This document shows, in pieces, positions 50,592 through 64,000 of a DNA stretch of 64,000 nucleotides. Made by a program: the position numbers and the translations under genes. Positions within the stretch are counted from its first letter, which is position 1. Each line of letters begins with the position of its first letter. The notes under the pieces are model-generated. The model saw nothing but the letters and a program-made list of their open reading frames with translations, was not told where the DNA came from and searched no databases. Origin of the DNA: Octopus sinensis (taxonomy: Eukaryota); contig NC_043003.1 in the NCBI RefSeq assembly GCF_006345805.1, positions 24,056,001 to 24,120,000 on the forward strand. The letters run 5' to 3'.

Positions 50592-51599
50592 TCTTTTTGT
50601 AGCCGACTTAGTGGCCAAATTTTGTCTTATTAATATATAATATTCAGTTTAGATTTGTTACAGACCGTTGTGAAACGCGTCAAATCGTCGAAGCCATATT
50701 CCCCAACTGCGGACCACAGAGAATGATAAATATAAATATATTCTACTCTCTTAATTTTCAGTTTTTATCATCTATCTACTCATAATTGCCTACATGCGTA
50801 CATACACATGTATACACATACACACACACACATACATATATACAAACTACACCACACTCACACGCAAATGCATACATTGAAATATATAAACCATTTATAC
50901 AAACCATTATTCTGTCATTTACATCATTTCTCGATTAGAAATACGACTGGCCCACGCACTTCAGAATTAAGACTGCTGTCTTCTACAGTACACGACGGAA
51001 ATGAAAGTCAACGCCATCTTAACTGATCATTTTTATGCAGTTTTGTTTTTGTTTTTTTAATGAAAATCTGTCAAAATGCGATAAGTATAGATTTCGAAAA
51101 TGTCTCATAATCTGAGAATAAAATTACAGAGACATTGGTGTGCAGATAAATACACAACAACATACCAAATAGCAAATATATGGAAAGTATAATGAGATTT
51201 TATGTGCTAATCCCAGGTTTTCCAGCTTTCTATTGGTTTCTTTCCATTTTTTATTTCTTTAACGATGTTTAAATGGAAGTCAGCTGCTTCTGTTTACATT
51301 ATATTTAAGCATTTACACCCTTACATTTTGACTTGTTTCAGTCATTGGATTGCGACCATGCTGCCACACTTTCTTGTAGCGTTAGTTGAACAACTTGACC
51401 CCAGTGACTATTGTTTAGTTTAGTATTTATTCCATTTGACTCATTTGCGGAACAGCTTCGTTACTGAATCGTAGAAAGACAACATCATTTCTCGAGCTTG
51501 ACACGAGTAAACACAAACCTTAAAGACACACACATAGATATACATATACATATGCATAAAAATATACATATACATAGACATAGATATACACATGACAAT

Positions 51600-51975
51600 G
51601 ACATCCCTTAAACTTTGAGGAGTTTTGGGGGCACTGCAGCCATGCAGTGTATCTAGGCCGAGAAAGCCTGGTGGAGCCCATTTCATTTCTACAACTGAGT
51701 GGACTGAAGGAACGTGAAAGGAAGTGTTTTTCTCAAAAACACAACGGTACAGGGGGGTTCGAAACTGCAATGTTATGGTCGTGAACCCTGCACCATAACC
51801 ACTAAGCGATGAACCTCCACTGGTGGTACTTATTTCTACAGATAAGTGGACTAGAACAACGTGAAATGAAGTGTTTTGCGCCAGAATTCAACGCATCGCT
51901 TGGTTCAGGAATCGAAATCACAATCTTACAATTGTGTGTCCAACACTCCTAACCATTAAACCACGCGTCTCCACT
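51600..51975 (-). mobile_element. Two adjacent diverged SINE family B copies
   Basis: Two occurrences of gtggact..a.caacgtgaaa.gaagtgtttt...tcgaaa...c.aacc.a.taa..cac. Confidence 0.6.
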
Positions 51976-52651
51976 ACATACATATATATGCACATATATT
52001 TGCTGGGCATCCGCACAGTTAGAAATTTGCCAAATTCACTGCCTATGAATTGGTTGGTCTCCGAATGTAGTAGAATGCAATTTACCCAAGATGCTGCGCA
52101 GTGGGACTGAACCCGAAATGGCATAGCTGCGAAGGGAACTTCTAAAAAACACAACCATACCAACGCCTCACGGCATGGCCACAATTCAATGACCGAAGGA
52201 ATGAAGAAGAAATCAAAAGAACAACCACACCACCACCATATAAACAATAAAACTAACCCTAATCCTTCCACATCCACTAGTTTAGGACCCGACGTTAAAT
52301 AGACGTGTTTTCGTCTCTTTTATTGAACCAAACCATGTAGCAAGTTATTCGAAAGATTCGTCTTGTGGTTAATTATTTTTATATGGAATTCTTGCTGTTC
52401 GTCATCTTTATCGGTGTCATCCTGGTTCCAGAACATTAATAAACATAAGTACCTTGGCTAAATCCACATCTCAAGGCTTTTATGTGTTTACATACAAACA
52501 TTCAGTGATCTACAAATTTTCTCGGCTCATCTAATAGAAGTATGAACTTGTGTTGCAGAGAGTGTTTCTGATAGCAAAGATCTCCATAACTTACTCCAAA
52601 ATTCACTCTCTTTCATTCTATCTCACTATCTCTTTCTCTCTCTCTCTCTAT

Positions 52652-52709
<58 letters not shown>

Positions 52710-52715
52710 CTCTCT

Positions 52716-52789
<74 letters not shown>

Positions 52790-53379
52790 TTCTACTGAAT
52801 TGGCAGCAGAGCTGTGAAATCAATAAAACACATTTCAACATTTAGGCGTGAAACTAATAAAATATTGACGAATATATTTGATTATTTAGAGTGGCAAAAT
52901 TGAATCTTCCAACATGAACAACCAGATATTCACGTACAGTCAAATGCACTAATCTAATCCACTTTTGACATTGATTTTCTACATATATTTGCTTACGTAT
53001 TTATTTATTATTTATTTATATGTTTATTGCTATGAAAAATAATTGCCGATATTCGAGGACCAAGAAAAGGAGCTTTGCCCAGTGGTTAGAGGGGCGGGTT
53101 CATTTCTCAGTGTAAGCGGTGAGTTGTGTCATCGAACATGGAACTTAATTCCACGTATATTTTGTCTACTGCTGCGTAAAGAAGTAGGAGACATAGGCTG
53201 GAGCAACTTATTTTCATTTTAGCTGTGAAGTCGTCCTGCGGTTTTTGGTGAATACATGTTAAACATGTCCATCATTATTCGCCGACAGGTGTACGTTCTG
53301 CTTGAATTAATTTTACAGGAACTCATTAAATTAAAATAAGTTCAATACGTAGGCACCCATATGTCTTTCGTTTATTTGT

Positions 53380-53650
53380 CTATTTATCTACACACACACA
53401 GAAACACACACGCATACATATTTACACACACAAACATACATGTGACCTCGTGTGTACCGTTGGCGATTTTTTTCCTCTGTCTTCCCTTCTCTGGATCTTT
53501 CCTTCTCCTATGTTTCCGACGAAGAGCTCCGCTCGAAACGTTAAACCCTCCTCCTTTTCTTCTTTCCTGAGCGTCCAATAATACTATATTTGTTCCACGT
53601 CCTCGCTCGCGTTGTTGTGTTTTTTTGTGCTTTCTTTTTTGGATTAACTA
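53380..53650 (+). mobile_element. PLE-type pseudo-LTR (second family) with minimal HHR at 53512-53546; decayed relative at about 49590-49735
   Basis: GUUU-CCGACGA-A-GAGC-UCC-GCUC-GAAAC-GUU-AAAC; palindromic AACGUU. Confidence 0.7.
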
Positions 53651-53749
53651 TATATATATATCCGCAAAAGAAGCACGATCTAAACGTTAGAGCAATAATG
53701 TGTTTAGAGGAAGTTAAATATATGACCGGATTTATTTAACTTCCTCTCT

Positions 53750-53975
53750 AAATACTTTACTGGTCTAATGTTTAGAGTCTGATTCTTTTTCGGTTATATG
53801 ATCCACTGACGATAGCCACTACACATTCTTCATTTTCTCTCCTTGTTTCTTTCTGTGGAAGAGCGTAAGTTCGAAACGTTAAAGACTTTTTAACTTCCCG
53901 AGCATTATACTAATACATCTGCTTGTTGTCTACACCACTGTCTTCGTCTTTTGATTTTTTGTGAATTCTCCCTAT
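53750..53975 (+). mobile_element. PLE pseudo-LTR 3' part (18710 family) with variant HHR at 53849-53884
   Basis: CUUU-CUGUGGA-A-GAGC-GUAA-GUUC-GAAAC-GUU-AAAG; downstream cccgagc.tta.actaatacatctg matches 37110-37140. Confidence 0.75.
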
Positions 53976-54446
53976 ATATATATATATTGTCTCCCTTTTT
54001 GTCTCCCTCCCAATTTTCTCTCAACCTATTATTAGCATCAACAAATCATCTGTTATCTTTTCCCCTAAGAGCAACCCAATTTATTTCAATTTTTATCCGT
54101 ATGGGCTCACTGCTTTCTTATGGCAAACTTCCCCCAATCCCAATGCTTTTGTCCGCAGTATAAAATATTCTTTCGTCTTCATAAATTTCTAAATATATAT
54201 ATATATTCATTGAATTTGCAGAAATAAGCTGCCTCGCTAATGTTATACTGAGTTTGAGATTTATTGCTGTTGCACTACCAAAATTTCGAAAGATTAATTA
54301 AGTTGTAGACAAATTACAATATTATTTGTGTTCTTTCTCAAAGTAACAAGATGGTATCAGTGCGAGAATTTATAAATCATCCTGTCACCTTTTAGCCTCT
54401 ATATCTCACTTGCTCCTCTTTCTTTCTCTCTGTCTCTGTCTCTCTG

Positions 54447-54522
<76 letters not shown>

Positions 54523-54673
54523 TGTATATGTGTGTGTGTGTGTCTGAGTACATGCGTGTCCGTTTGTGTGTATGTTTGTGAGTATCTGTATGCGTATGTT
54601 TGATTATGGTATATAAAGATGTTGTGTTTATGTATGTGTGTGCGTTTCTCTCTCTCTCTCTTTCTCTCTCTCC

Positions 54674-54713
<40 letters not shown>

Positions 54714-55265
54714 GTGATCAACATAGTCTTTTGCATCGGCAAAAAGTTTATACAGTGAAAGCGATACTATGAGTATAGTAAACTTGACATGAAAAGTGTA
54801 AAATCCGACGTTTCGCTCAGATTTCTTCTGCGGAGAAAGCTAGAAGACGAGAAATTAATAAGAATGAGTAAAGTTTTACATTCTTTAAGTCAAACATACG
54901 AGTTATAGCTGATAAGAAACGCAGAATCGCGTGAGTTTCAGACGGGGAAAAGAATTGATAGGTTTCAGTAGGAAGAAGGGAAAAGTAATCCGAAAAAGCA
55001 GGCAAAATCGAGTGATGTGAAGGGAAAAGATGAAGTGAGAGCGGCGTTGAAGGATAAAACAGGGTTTAATGAATTAATAGGAGGTGTTAGGTAGAAGGAA
55101 AAAGTTTATATAAACTTGTACGTTTTATGGTGCCTAGTTCGAGTATGAGACGTTGTTCGCTCCGTTTCCCTGAGAATGTGGATCGATATCGTGGGCCGAG
55201 GCTGCTCAATGATAAGACATTGACTTGGCGGGAGGCGAAAGAGCGAGATTGAAAAATTAATAAAA

Positions 55266-55650
55266 AGGAAGTGGCTGTGTGGTAAGTAGCTTGCTTACCA
55301 ACCGCATGGTTCCGGGTTCAATCCCACTGCATAGCACCTTGGGTAAATGTCTTCTACTATAGCCTCGGGCCGACCAAAGCCTTGTCAGTGGATTTGGTAG
55401 ACGGAAACTCAAAGAAGCCTGTCGTATATATGTGTGTGCGTGTGTGTCTGTGTTTGTTCCCCCCAACATCGCTTGACAACCGATGCTGGTGTATTTACGT
55501 CCCCGTAAAATAGCGGTTCGGCTAAAGAGACAGAGCGAATAAGTACTAGGCTTACAAAGAATAAGTCCTGGGGTAGATTTGCTCGACTAAAGGTGGTGCT
55601 CCAGCATGGCCACAATCAAATGACTGAAAGTAAAAGAGTAAAGAGTAAGT
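55266..55650 (+). mobile_element. SINE family A, full length
   Basis: Collinear with the other copies. Confidence 0.92.
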
Positions 55651-56885
55651 GGATGAGGGTACGGTTGAAGTAAACATTCGAGTGAAAAAGGAGCTGGGTG
55701 TATGAATGAGGTGAAAAAATAGGATAAGCAAAGAGAGAATGAAAGAGCAGAAAAAAAAAAGCGTTCAGTTAAGCACGCTGGTTCCTGAGGTTCAGAGTAA
55801 TTCCGAAATAAGTGTAGAGTGTCCCCTATGTTTTAGAAAAGAAAAAAAACAGTTATATTGAGTGGACAATCTATGTTTTTCAAGACATATGTTTCTCAGT
55901 GAAAACCGTTTGATGCATCTTTTTTTCTATACAACTTCCTCTCCGTATATTTCAGTGAGATTGTATGAACGTTAGTGTCGATGTATATTTTTTGTAAGAG
56001 GAAACGATATTGCGTGTTAGAGAAATCGGATGCATGCGACATTGAGATTCAATTCGCACCTTTGTCAATAATACAAACTTCTATATGATTCGAAACTTCA
56101 CCAGAATCTAAATCTATACTAACATTTATGATTAATCCAAAAACATAATACATCCGTTAAGACAGGGTATCCAGGCATTTGTAGAGCCGAATGCTTTTCA
56201 TCTCAGGATAGAGAACACGTTCATTTGTAGATTCGGAAGCCTTTCATCTTAAGATAGTCAGTACGTACATTACTCGTGCCGAACGCCTTTGAAAGTACTT
56301 CAGAAACGTAATCGAATAATAAGTATCGTAATCTGAGAAAGAGACTCTCAACGGATTGTACTTCACAAATAACTTATCTACGGACATGCAGGATCTTTTA
56401 TTTCATTCATTGATTCTAGTAGGAGATATATAATTCTTGACAACCAAAGAAGAAGTTATCCTATATACGGAACATCAATTGATATACTAATTTGTTTTGT
56501 ATTTTGTATGTTTACAGTTTTTCAGTTTTTCATTGGAGTTAGAAAGATAATCGTATATTTCTTTCCATTTGTTAAGAGGTCTCTAATTTTCCAACGCTGT
56601 GCAGGATAATGTGTTATATATGATTTATGTACGCGTGTGTTTGTGTGTATATATATGTGTGTATGTGTTTGTGTGTGTGTGTGTCTGTTATGTATGTGTA
56701 GATATGTATTTGCGTGATTACATATATATAGAGATATATATTTATATATTCATTATATGCATATACGTATATATATAGAGAGAGAGATAGAGAGAGAGAG
56801 AGATACAAACAGACACGCAAATAGACAAAATATATATTCAAATTTCTATATAATATATATATAGAAATACATTTATATCTCTCAG

Positions 56886-56984
<99 letters not shown>

Positions 56985-57413
56985 CAAATGTGTTTACTAG
57001 TAACATTCCAGCAAATAATTCGATAAGATCGGAACTGGAAAATATAAACACATTAATAAATAAGATTACAGAAACTAAGTAAGTTAAAAATAACTCGAGG
57101 CGGACATCTAAAAAAGCGATGTATTATAATTTTATCAATATAAATATAATACTATAATACCTTACATAAGAATGTGTATGACTGCACCTCTTTTATATAA
57201 GCATGCCAAAACGAGGGAACATGTAACAAAAACACACGCTCACACACAGAGATTGATAGATAGATAGAGACAGACAGACAAGCAGGCAGGCAGACAGACA
57301 GACCAATACATACATACATACATTTAGCTATATACATATATACATATATGGATAACGATGTTTTTATTATAACAGTTGAAACGCTATGTAATTCATGATA
57401 AAATTATGAAAGT

Positions 57414-57865
57414 AAGAGTGGCTGTGTGGTAAGTAGCTTGCTTACCAACCGCATAATTCCGAGTTCAGCCCCACTGCGTGGCACCTTGGTCAAATGTCTT
57501 CTGCTATAGCTTCGGGCCGACCAAAGCCTTGTCAGTGGATTTGGTAGACGGAAACTGAAAGAGGCGCGTCGTATATATGTATGTATATATATATATGTGA
57601 GTGTGTGTGTGTGTGTGTCTGTGTGTGTGTGTGTGTGTTTGTGTTTGTGTGTGTGTATTTCTGTGTCTGTGTGTGTGTCCCCAACATCACTTGACAACCG
57701 ATGCTGGTGTGTTTACGTCCCCGTAACTTAGCGGTTCTGCAAAAGAAAACGATAGAATAAGTACTTGTCTTACAAAGAATATGTCCTGGGGTCGATTTGC
57801 TCGATTATACGCGGTGATCCAGCATGGCCACAGTCAAATGACTATAACAAGTAAAAGAGTTAAAG
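57414..57865 (+). mobile_element. SINE family A, full length
   Basis: Collinear; its 3' half is duplicated at about 58430-58625. Confidence 0.92.
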
Positions 57866-58186
57866 AGTATTAAACATTTTAGCAATCTGATTATGTATGT
57901 GCGAGGCTGCACATCTATTGTTGTGCTTTGCTAGCATTACTCTGACTTTTATCCTAGTATCTAGCTAATTAATTACAATAATTAATGCCTTTTTTTAACC
58001 GTTTCAATTTCCTTCTGAAGCTACTCAGATACATATGCGGTGCTTCATTTGTATCGTTGTTAATCATAATTTCGAAATTTTGAACCTGGGGTTCTCATTC
58101 CTAAGGTATTTTTCGATGTTGTTGTTGTTGTTATTATTATTATCATATTATTATTATATTATTAGTTATTATTATTATCATTTTCA

Positions 58187-58226
<40 letters not shown>

Positions 58227-58943
58227 CATTACTATTATTCAGGTCACTGTCTGGAATCGAACACGGAATCTTGGGGTAGTTGCCCGCACACTTAACCACT
58301 ACGCCATATGCCCGTCAAATGCAAATAATATACATAATTCCTCATCTCTTAAATATAGAACTGCATATATATATGTGTGTGTGTGTGTGTGGTGTGTGTC
58401 TGTGTGTGTGTGTGTTGTGTGTGTGTGTGTGTGTCCCCAACATCACTTGACAACCGATGCTGGTGTGTTTACGTCCCCGTAACTTAGCGGTTCTGCAAAA
58501 GAAAACGATAGAATAAGTACTTGTCTTACAAAGAATATGTCCTGGGGTCGATTTGCTCGATTATACGCGGTGATCCAGCATGGCCACAGTCAAATGACTA
58601 TAAAAGTAAAAGAGTTAAAGAGTATTAAACATTTTAGCAATCTGATTATGTATGTGCGAGGCTGCACATCTATTGTTGTGCTTTGCTAGCATTACTCTGA
58701 CTTTTATCCTAGTATCTAGCTAATTAATTACAATAATTAATGCCTTTTTTTAACCGTTTCAATTTCCTTCTGAAGCTACTCAGATACATATGCGGTGCTT
58801 CATTTGTATCGTTGTTAATCATAATTTCGAAATTTTGAACCTGGGGTTCTCATTCCTAAGGTATTTTTCGATGTTGTTGTTGTTGTTATTATTATTATCA
58901 TTATTATTATTATTATTATTAGTTATTATTATTATCATTTTCA

Positions 58944-58983
<40 letters not shown>

Positions 58984-59122
58984 CATTACTATTATTCAGG
59001 TCACTGTCTGGAATCGAACACGGAATCTTGGGGTTAGTTGCCCGCACACTTAACCACTACGCCATATGCCCGTCAAATGCAAATAATATACATAATTCCT
59101 CATCTCTTAAATATAGAACTGC

Positions 59123-59150
<28 letters not shown>
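57676..59150. repeat. Near-identical ~755-bp tandem duplication with breakpoints in (TG)n tracts
   Basis: Same ORF start at 58035 and 58790; differences are mainly small indels. Confidence 0.9.
58241..58313 (-). mobile_element. tRNA-like head followed by (AAT)n (short tRNA-derived retroposon); duplicate at 58998-59071
   Basis: gggcatatggcgtagtggttaag (A box)...gtgttcgattcc (B box)...agtgacct then (aat)n; acceptor stem does not pair well, so not a functional tRNA. Confidence 0.7.
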
Positions 59151-59154
<4 letters not shown>

Positions 59155-59767
59155 TGTGTGTATTATATATAAAACATTGCCAAACTTATACATACAAGCT
59201 TACATACATGCATATACCCGCAAACATGTGTTTATGTAAAACGTCTTCATATTTCCGGTGAGTCATACGAAGAGCATTGGCTGACACTTGAATAATCGTG
59301 CGGCGTATTCACACGATTAAAGAACGACTACAATGAGGATGTTGTGCATACTGGCAGCCGCTCAAATACATCTGCATATATTATCATATTCCTCTCATTT
59401 ATATCAATTCAGATCCCTTGATAATATCAAAATATGATAATTAATTGTTATAATTCTGTAATGATTCGTCTGATTCCGCAATGTGAATAGTTACGTATTA
59501 ATTTCGAAACACTTGTGAAATTAGCATATCTGTAACAGTATTTGAATATATAGGTGTGCTATGATATCCCGTTAAGTTTCGCAAATATCACTTTCCTAAA
59601 TATCACTTTTTTGATACCATTGATTATTTTCCCAGATTCAATGTTAGCTGACAAAATTAAGAAACAAGGGATATTTCAAATAGCAGAGGAAGAGAATACA
59701 TGCCGAAGAACAGCAAAATCTGAGAATACATGCCGAAGAACAACGGTTACACATACAAAACATTTAA

Positions 59768-60335
59768 ATATATATATATATATAATATAAAATCCGTTCT
59801 GTCTGCCTGTGTGTGTGTCTCCTAGGATCTCGGGCATCCACCATCCGATTACGCTCAAATTTGATATGTAGATACCGACGGTATCAGGGCGTGTACAAGA
59901 CTTGAAAAAATTACAAAAATCGATTCCAGGTGAGAATGCGATCGATAAAGCCGTGGGAACGTGCATTTGTACGCGCAAGTACATCATCTGTTGCAATCGA
60001 TACTATGCGAACCCGAGAAAAATGCACGTGCAGTTTGCGCAAAAAAGCCGGTTGGCTTGAAATAATGCCACAAAATGCAGTATATTTAAGAGAAGAAAAA
60101 ATTACGATGCAAAAGAGATATTTTCTTCAAACTTGGCATGAGGGAAAGAAAGACTATTTTGTTTCTGAAGAAGTTTTTTTTTCTTTGCCTTAACTTCGTT
60201 TAACAAAATCAAAAATTTTATTGAAATAAAGGCATGCTTAATTATTTTTTAATGAAAAGAAAACACTGATTGCTTTTTATTCAGCAGATATGATTCAGCA
60301 CCGTTCATTGGACGGGGAGCGTTTTGCTCATATAT
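59768..60335 (+). mobile_element. Non-autonomous Helitron-type repeat (copy of 39568-40202)
   Basis: Shared ctaggatctcgggcatcc...aatcgattccaggtgagaatgcgatcgataaagcc...cagcaccgt.cattggacg; one copy has an insertion relative to the other. Confidence 0.6.
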
Positions 60336-61018
60336 ATATTTAATAGATAAGTTAAAATAAAGGTCATTACATATAATTCCTTTATTATAGCAAATTTAGC
60401 TTGCAACTTATTCAAGTAGTCATAGTAATAGGTTTACTCAATTGGAGTATTGATCAATTAAGGTAAACTGAAAGACCTAATAAAATTAATGGTAGAGATG
60501 TATATGTTGTATATATTCATATATTCATTATAGCTTTACAGCTGTTTCAGATATGCATTTGATTGATCCACTGGAAATATAGAGAACGACCCTCACTATG
60601 ATCGAAGACATCATCACAATGATGTCTTCTACTGAGCCAATGCAAATTAATATTACGTAATGCATTGTTTCTGTCTTTTATTTCTGCGAATTTACAATAT
60701 AGAATTGTGATGAAACATAACTTTGGACCCTCAAAATGATTACTTAGAGTTCTTCACTAATCTAAGTAATGCACTTAGCCTGGTGTGCCATCATAGACCG
60801 TATGAAGTATTTTACCCAAATTGATAATCCCTAAATATTCGTTCTATCTATCTATCTACCTATCTATCTATCTATCTATCTATCTATATATGTATATATT
60901 ATTATATATATATATATATATATAATATATAATATATATATATATATTATCTGTCTATGTATGTATGTATGTATGTATGTTGTATGTATGTATGTATGTA
61001 TATATATATATTATATAT

Positions 61019-61072
<54 letters not shown>

Positions 61073-61491
61073 GCAAGGTGTCGTAAGTCCAAAACGTTGC
61101 TTTTTCAGAAAACAAAGAAATAGTTTCACAACTTCATTTCTTTTTACATTAGCAAAAGTTTTCAGCTTAACAATAATACTTTGTTGAGTGCATAAAATCG
61201 TAACTCCACGCATGTATGATATCTCAGTGAGAAATACTTTCGCAAAACTGTCACAGTGGGACTTTCTTCACTTTGGAAAATTATAAACCGTTGTACTACA
61301 CCTTGACAAATTTCATCTGAAGCAGCTGGAGATACGATAGTTTGACGAAAAATGTCTACTATTGTAAGCAAAATTAAATATTGAAAAGAAAGCGCATTTG
61401 GCGATATTTGGACGTAAGACAGTTTAACATAATAGCATCGATATATATACATAAATGTACTTAAATTGAATTATGTATTTGCAAGTACACG

Positions 61492-61800
61492 TGTGGAGGC
61501 ACATGGCCTTGTGGTTAGGGCAGTGGCGTCACGGTCGAGGGATCGCGGATTCGAATCTCAGACCGGGTGATGTGTGTGTTTCTGAGAGAAACACATAAGC
61601 TCCATGCGGCTCCGGCAGAATGTAATGGCGAACTTCTGCTCACTCTTTCGCAACAACCTTGTCTCACGTTTTCCTCCTGCATCTAGCAGCTCACCTACGA
61701 CGGACCAGCGTCCCGCCTAGGCGGGGAACCTATACTCCACTGAAATCGGGAAACCAGTCCTTATGAGCCAGGTATGTCTCGAGAAGGTACAAACACCAAC
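61492..61800 (+). mobile_element. tRNA-derived SINE related to family B
   Basis: A box tggccttgtggtt, B box gattcgaatc, and cggaccagcgtcccg motif like family B. Confidence 0.65.
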
Positions 61801-62394
61801 AAAATGTACATGTACACTTATACACATACATGTATATTTGTAAGTCTTAGCGTTACAAGATTGTCAAGAAGATGAACCATTAAATTAACTCTAAGCTTGC
61901 AATTAATGGTAGCAAATTACACACATAATGCCCTTTCAGGGCTGGAACCTCTTTATAGCAAGCATTCACATCAGATTCATCTCAATGAAGATTCTTACCT
62001 ACAGTCAGTACAGAGGACTCAGAAAGGTTTAATGCTCTTCGCTCTTTTTCCTTTGATTAAATCATAAAAACTAAAAACACAATTCATATGACACCAGCAT
62101 TACTGTATTTCTGGAGTAAACTACTTGTGCATACCTTTATATATATACATCTATTTCTTTTCTAGACATTAAAATATAAAAACATATTCTAAATTGAATT
62201 TTATTCCCTGTTTACATAGGTTTGTAGCTTAGCCACATTTTGTACTTTCGTGTTCAGTAGACTTCCATATTGATTTTTTTTTCACCAAATTTGTTGAAGA
62301 GAATCAACGCATAACGTCTACGGAAACCTATCACACTCACACACACACACACATACATACACACACATACACACACACATACACACACACTCAC

Positions 62395-62440
<46 letters not shown>

Positions 62441-62900
62441 ACATTACTGCAGAGTGTTATAACAAAATTATGATAAAATAGACAATGTCGGAATTTTTCA
62501 GTATTTTGAGATATCGAAAATATCTTTTCTATTAATAAATTTTTTTTCTAATTTTAAAAATATGAAAATACGCACCTTTTCTGAGAAATTTACAGCTTCC
62601 GCTCCATGAAATCTATTATTTACTGATATACACACAGAGAACTAACACACACACACGTTATATACACATATGATGAAAGGGTTGGTTTAAAGAATGTCAG
62701 ATAGTGCAGGTGTCTACATTTACTCTTATACACGTATGTTACATAAGTTTATTGAGTTGCGTACAGGATTTCCAGAAAAGACGTACATACACAAATATAT
62801 GTACTTAGAAAGAGATATAGCAAATATTTTCTCCATTTTTTTTTCCTTTGATACATCTGTTATATCAAATTTGTATACATATGTATGCATATAGATATGC

Positions 62901-62933
<33 letters not shown>

Positions 62934-62978
62934 ATATACAGAGAGAGGAAGAGAGAGAGAGAGAGAGATGTATGTGTG

Positions 62979-63018
<40 letters not shown>

Positions 63019-63440
63019 TAGTAATGCCGTAAATGATATAAAAATGCTGAGATCTACAATACCCAGATTTGCTCCTTTGCGGTAATTAGCTTCTAAATCC
63101 ATCCTGAGTTTCGTTTGAATATCCATTGTCTGAATATTATATTGAAATATAAACGAAGCTATTTATCTTTTTGTGATTCATGTAAAAAATATTGTGAACG
63201 ACACCTGCAGAAAAAATGCATGAAGCTCATACTCTTGATTTTGTTCATTTCTGGTTCTTGTGATAATTATATTATAATCGTTATTATAACCGTTATAAAC
63301 ACCAACAATCGAAGTCATGAAATTGCGTTCCTGTTTAAGCAATGTTCTAAAAGTATATTTTTAATGTTTTTGGACACAATGAGTGTCTGTACGGGTATTT
63401 ATTTTGCATGCACTTGAGCAGACACATACATGTTTATATA

Positions 63441-63636
63441 TATCTGTAAATGTAATATGTGACAATTATTCGGTAGCCATCATAAAACTCCGATTTTCGG
63501 ATGCCGAGGTGGAAATAGCATTTTTCCGATGGCCGGATAACTGAAGAGATGGCGCCATGGATTTCCACCTCGGCATCCGAAACTTGGAGTTTTATGATGG
63601 CTACCGAATAATTGCCACATATTACATTTACAGATA
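63441..63636. mobile_element. Young MITE-like foldback: 74-bp inverted arms (3 mismatches), 44-bp spacer, TA on both flanks
   Basis: 63443-63516 is the reverse complement of 63561-63634; TA|TCTGTAAATG...CATTTACAGA|TA. Confidence 0.85.
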
Positions 63637-63720
63637 ATTCCACTATTTACATAATCCAAGGTCTCTTTCTTTCTTTTGTTGTCTTAGCGGTTTTATCATA
63701 TATATATGTATATATATTAT

Positions 63721-63780
<60 letters not shown>

Positions 63781-63781
<1 letters not shown>

Positions 63782-63980
63782 CGGGAAAGTTTACGAAAAT
63801 AAACAAAAGACGAAGGCAGGTGGAATACAAACAAACAAATGTATTAGTATAGCGCTCAGGAATAGAAATAGAAAAAGGCTTTTACGTTTCGAGCCTACGC
63901 TCTTCGACAGAAAGATACACAGAAAAAAACAAGGAGAGAGAAAAATGAGTGTAGGAGCTAACGATCTATCATGGCGTATG
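63781..63980 (-). mobile_element. PLE pseudo-LTR 3' part (18710 family) with variant HHR at 63879-63914
   Basis: Minus strand CUUU-CUGUCGA-A-GAGC-GUAG-GCUC-GAAAC-GUA-AAAG. Confidence 0.78.
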
Positions 63981-64000
63981 CATACACATGCTCATAGATA

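Noticed and set aside
52383-52439. Short hydrophobic ORF MEFLLFVIFIGVILVPEH as a signal-peptide exon
   Set aside because: 18 codons, closed by a stop, and no splice donor; expected by chance in T-rich DNA.
58241-58313. Functional tRNA gene
   Set aside because: Acceptor and T stems are poorly paired and the head runs into (AAT)n, so it is better explained as a retroposon head.

Overview
AT-rich eukaryotic DNA dense in microsatellites. The mix of (TA)n/(TG)n/(GATA)n/(TAA)n tracts, tRNA-derived SINEs, CR1-type, R4/Dong-type and Penelope-like retroelements, mariners and Helitrons suggests an octopus (coleoid cephalopod); this is an inference, not proven. I found no convincing host-gene exon. Nearly all listed ORFs are translated microsatellites, SINE read-through or decayed transposon fragments, so the window is intergenic or inside a large intron. 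The main hidden signal is RNA structure. About a dozen type I hammerhead-ribozyme (HHR) motifs from at least six sequence families sit in Penelope-like terminal repeats and in small foldback elements. They include a fully canonical HHR at 27452-27550, a near-canonical HHR inside a 130-bp palindrome at 40725-40854, and a four-copy family with a recurrent non-canonical CUGUNGA core. Other points: a ~760-bp tandem element with a structured junction domain (45125-46754), a 3' tail stem-loop shared by a SINE and a LINE, and an R4/Dong 3' end inside a (TAA)n tract. All folds were worked out by eye. Boundaries of decayed repeats are approximate (about +/-10-20 bp).
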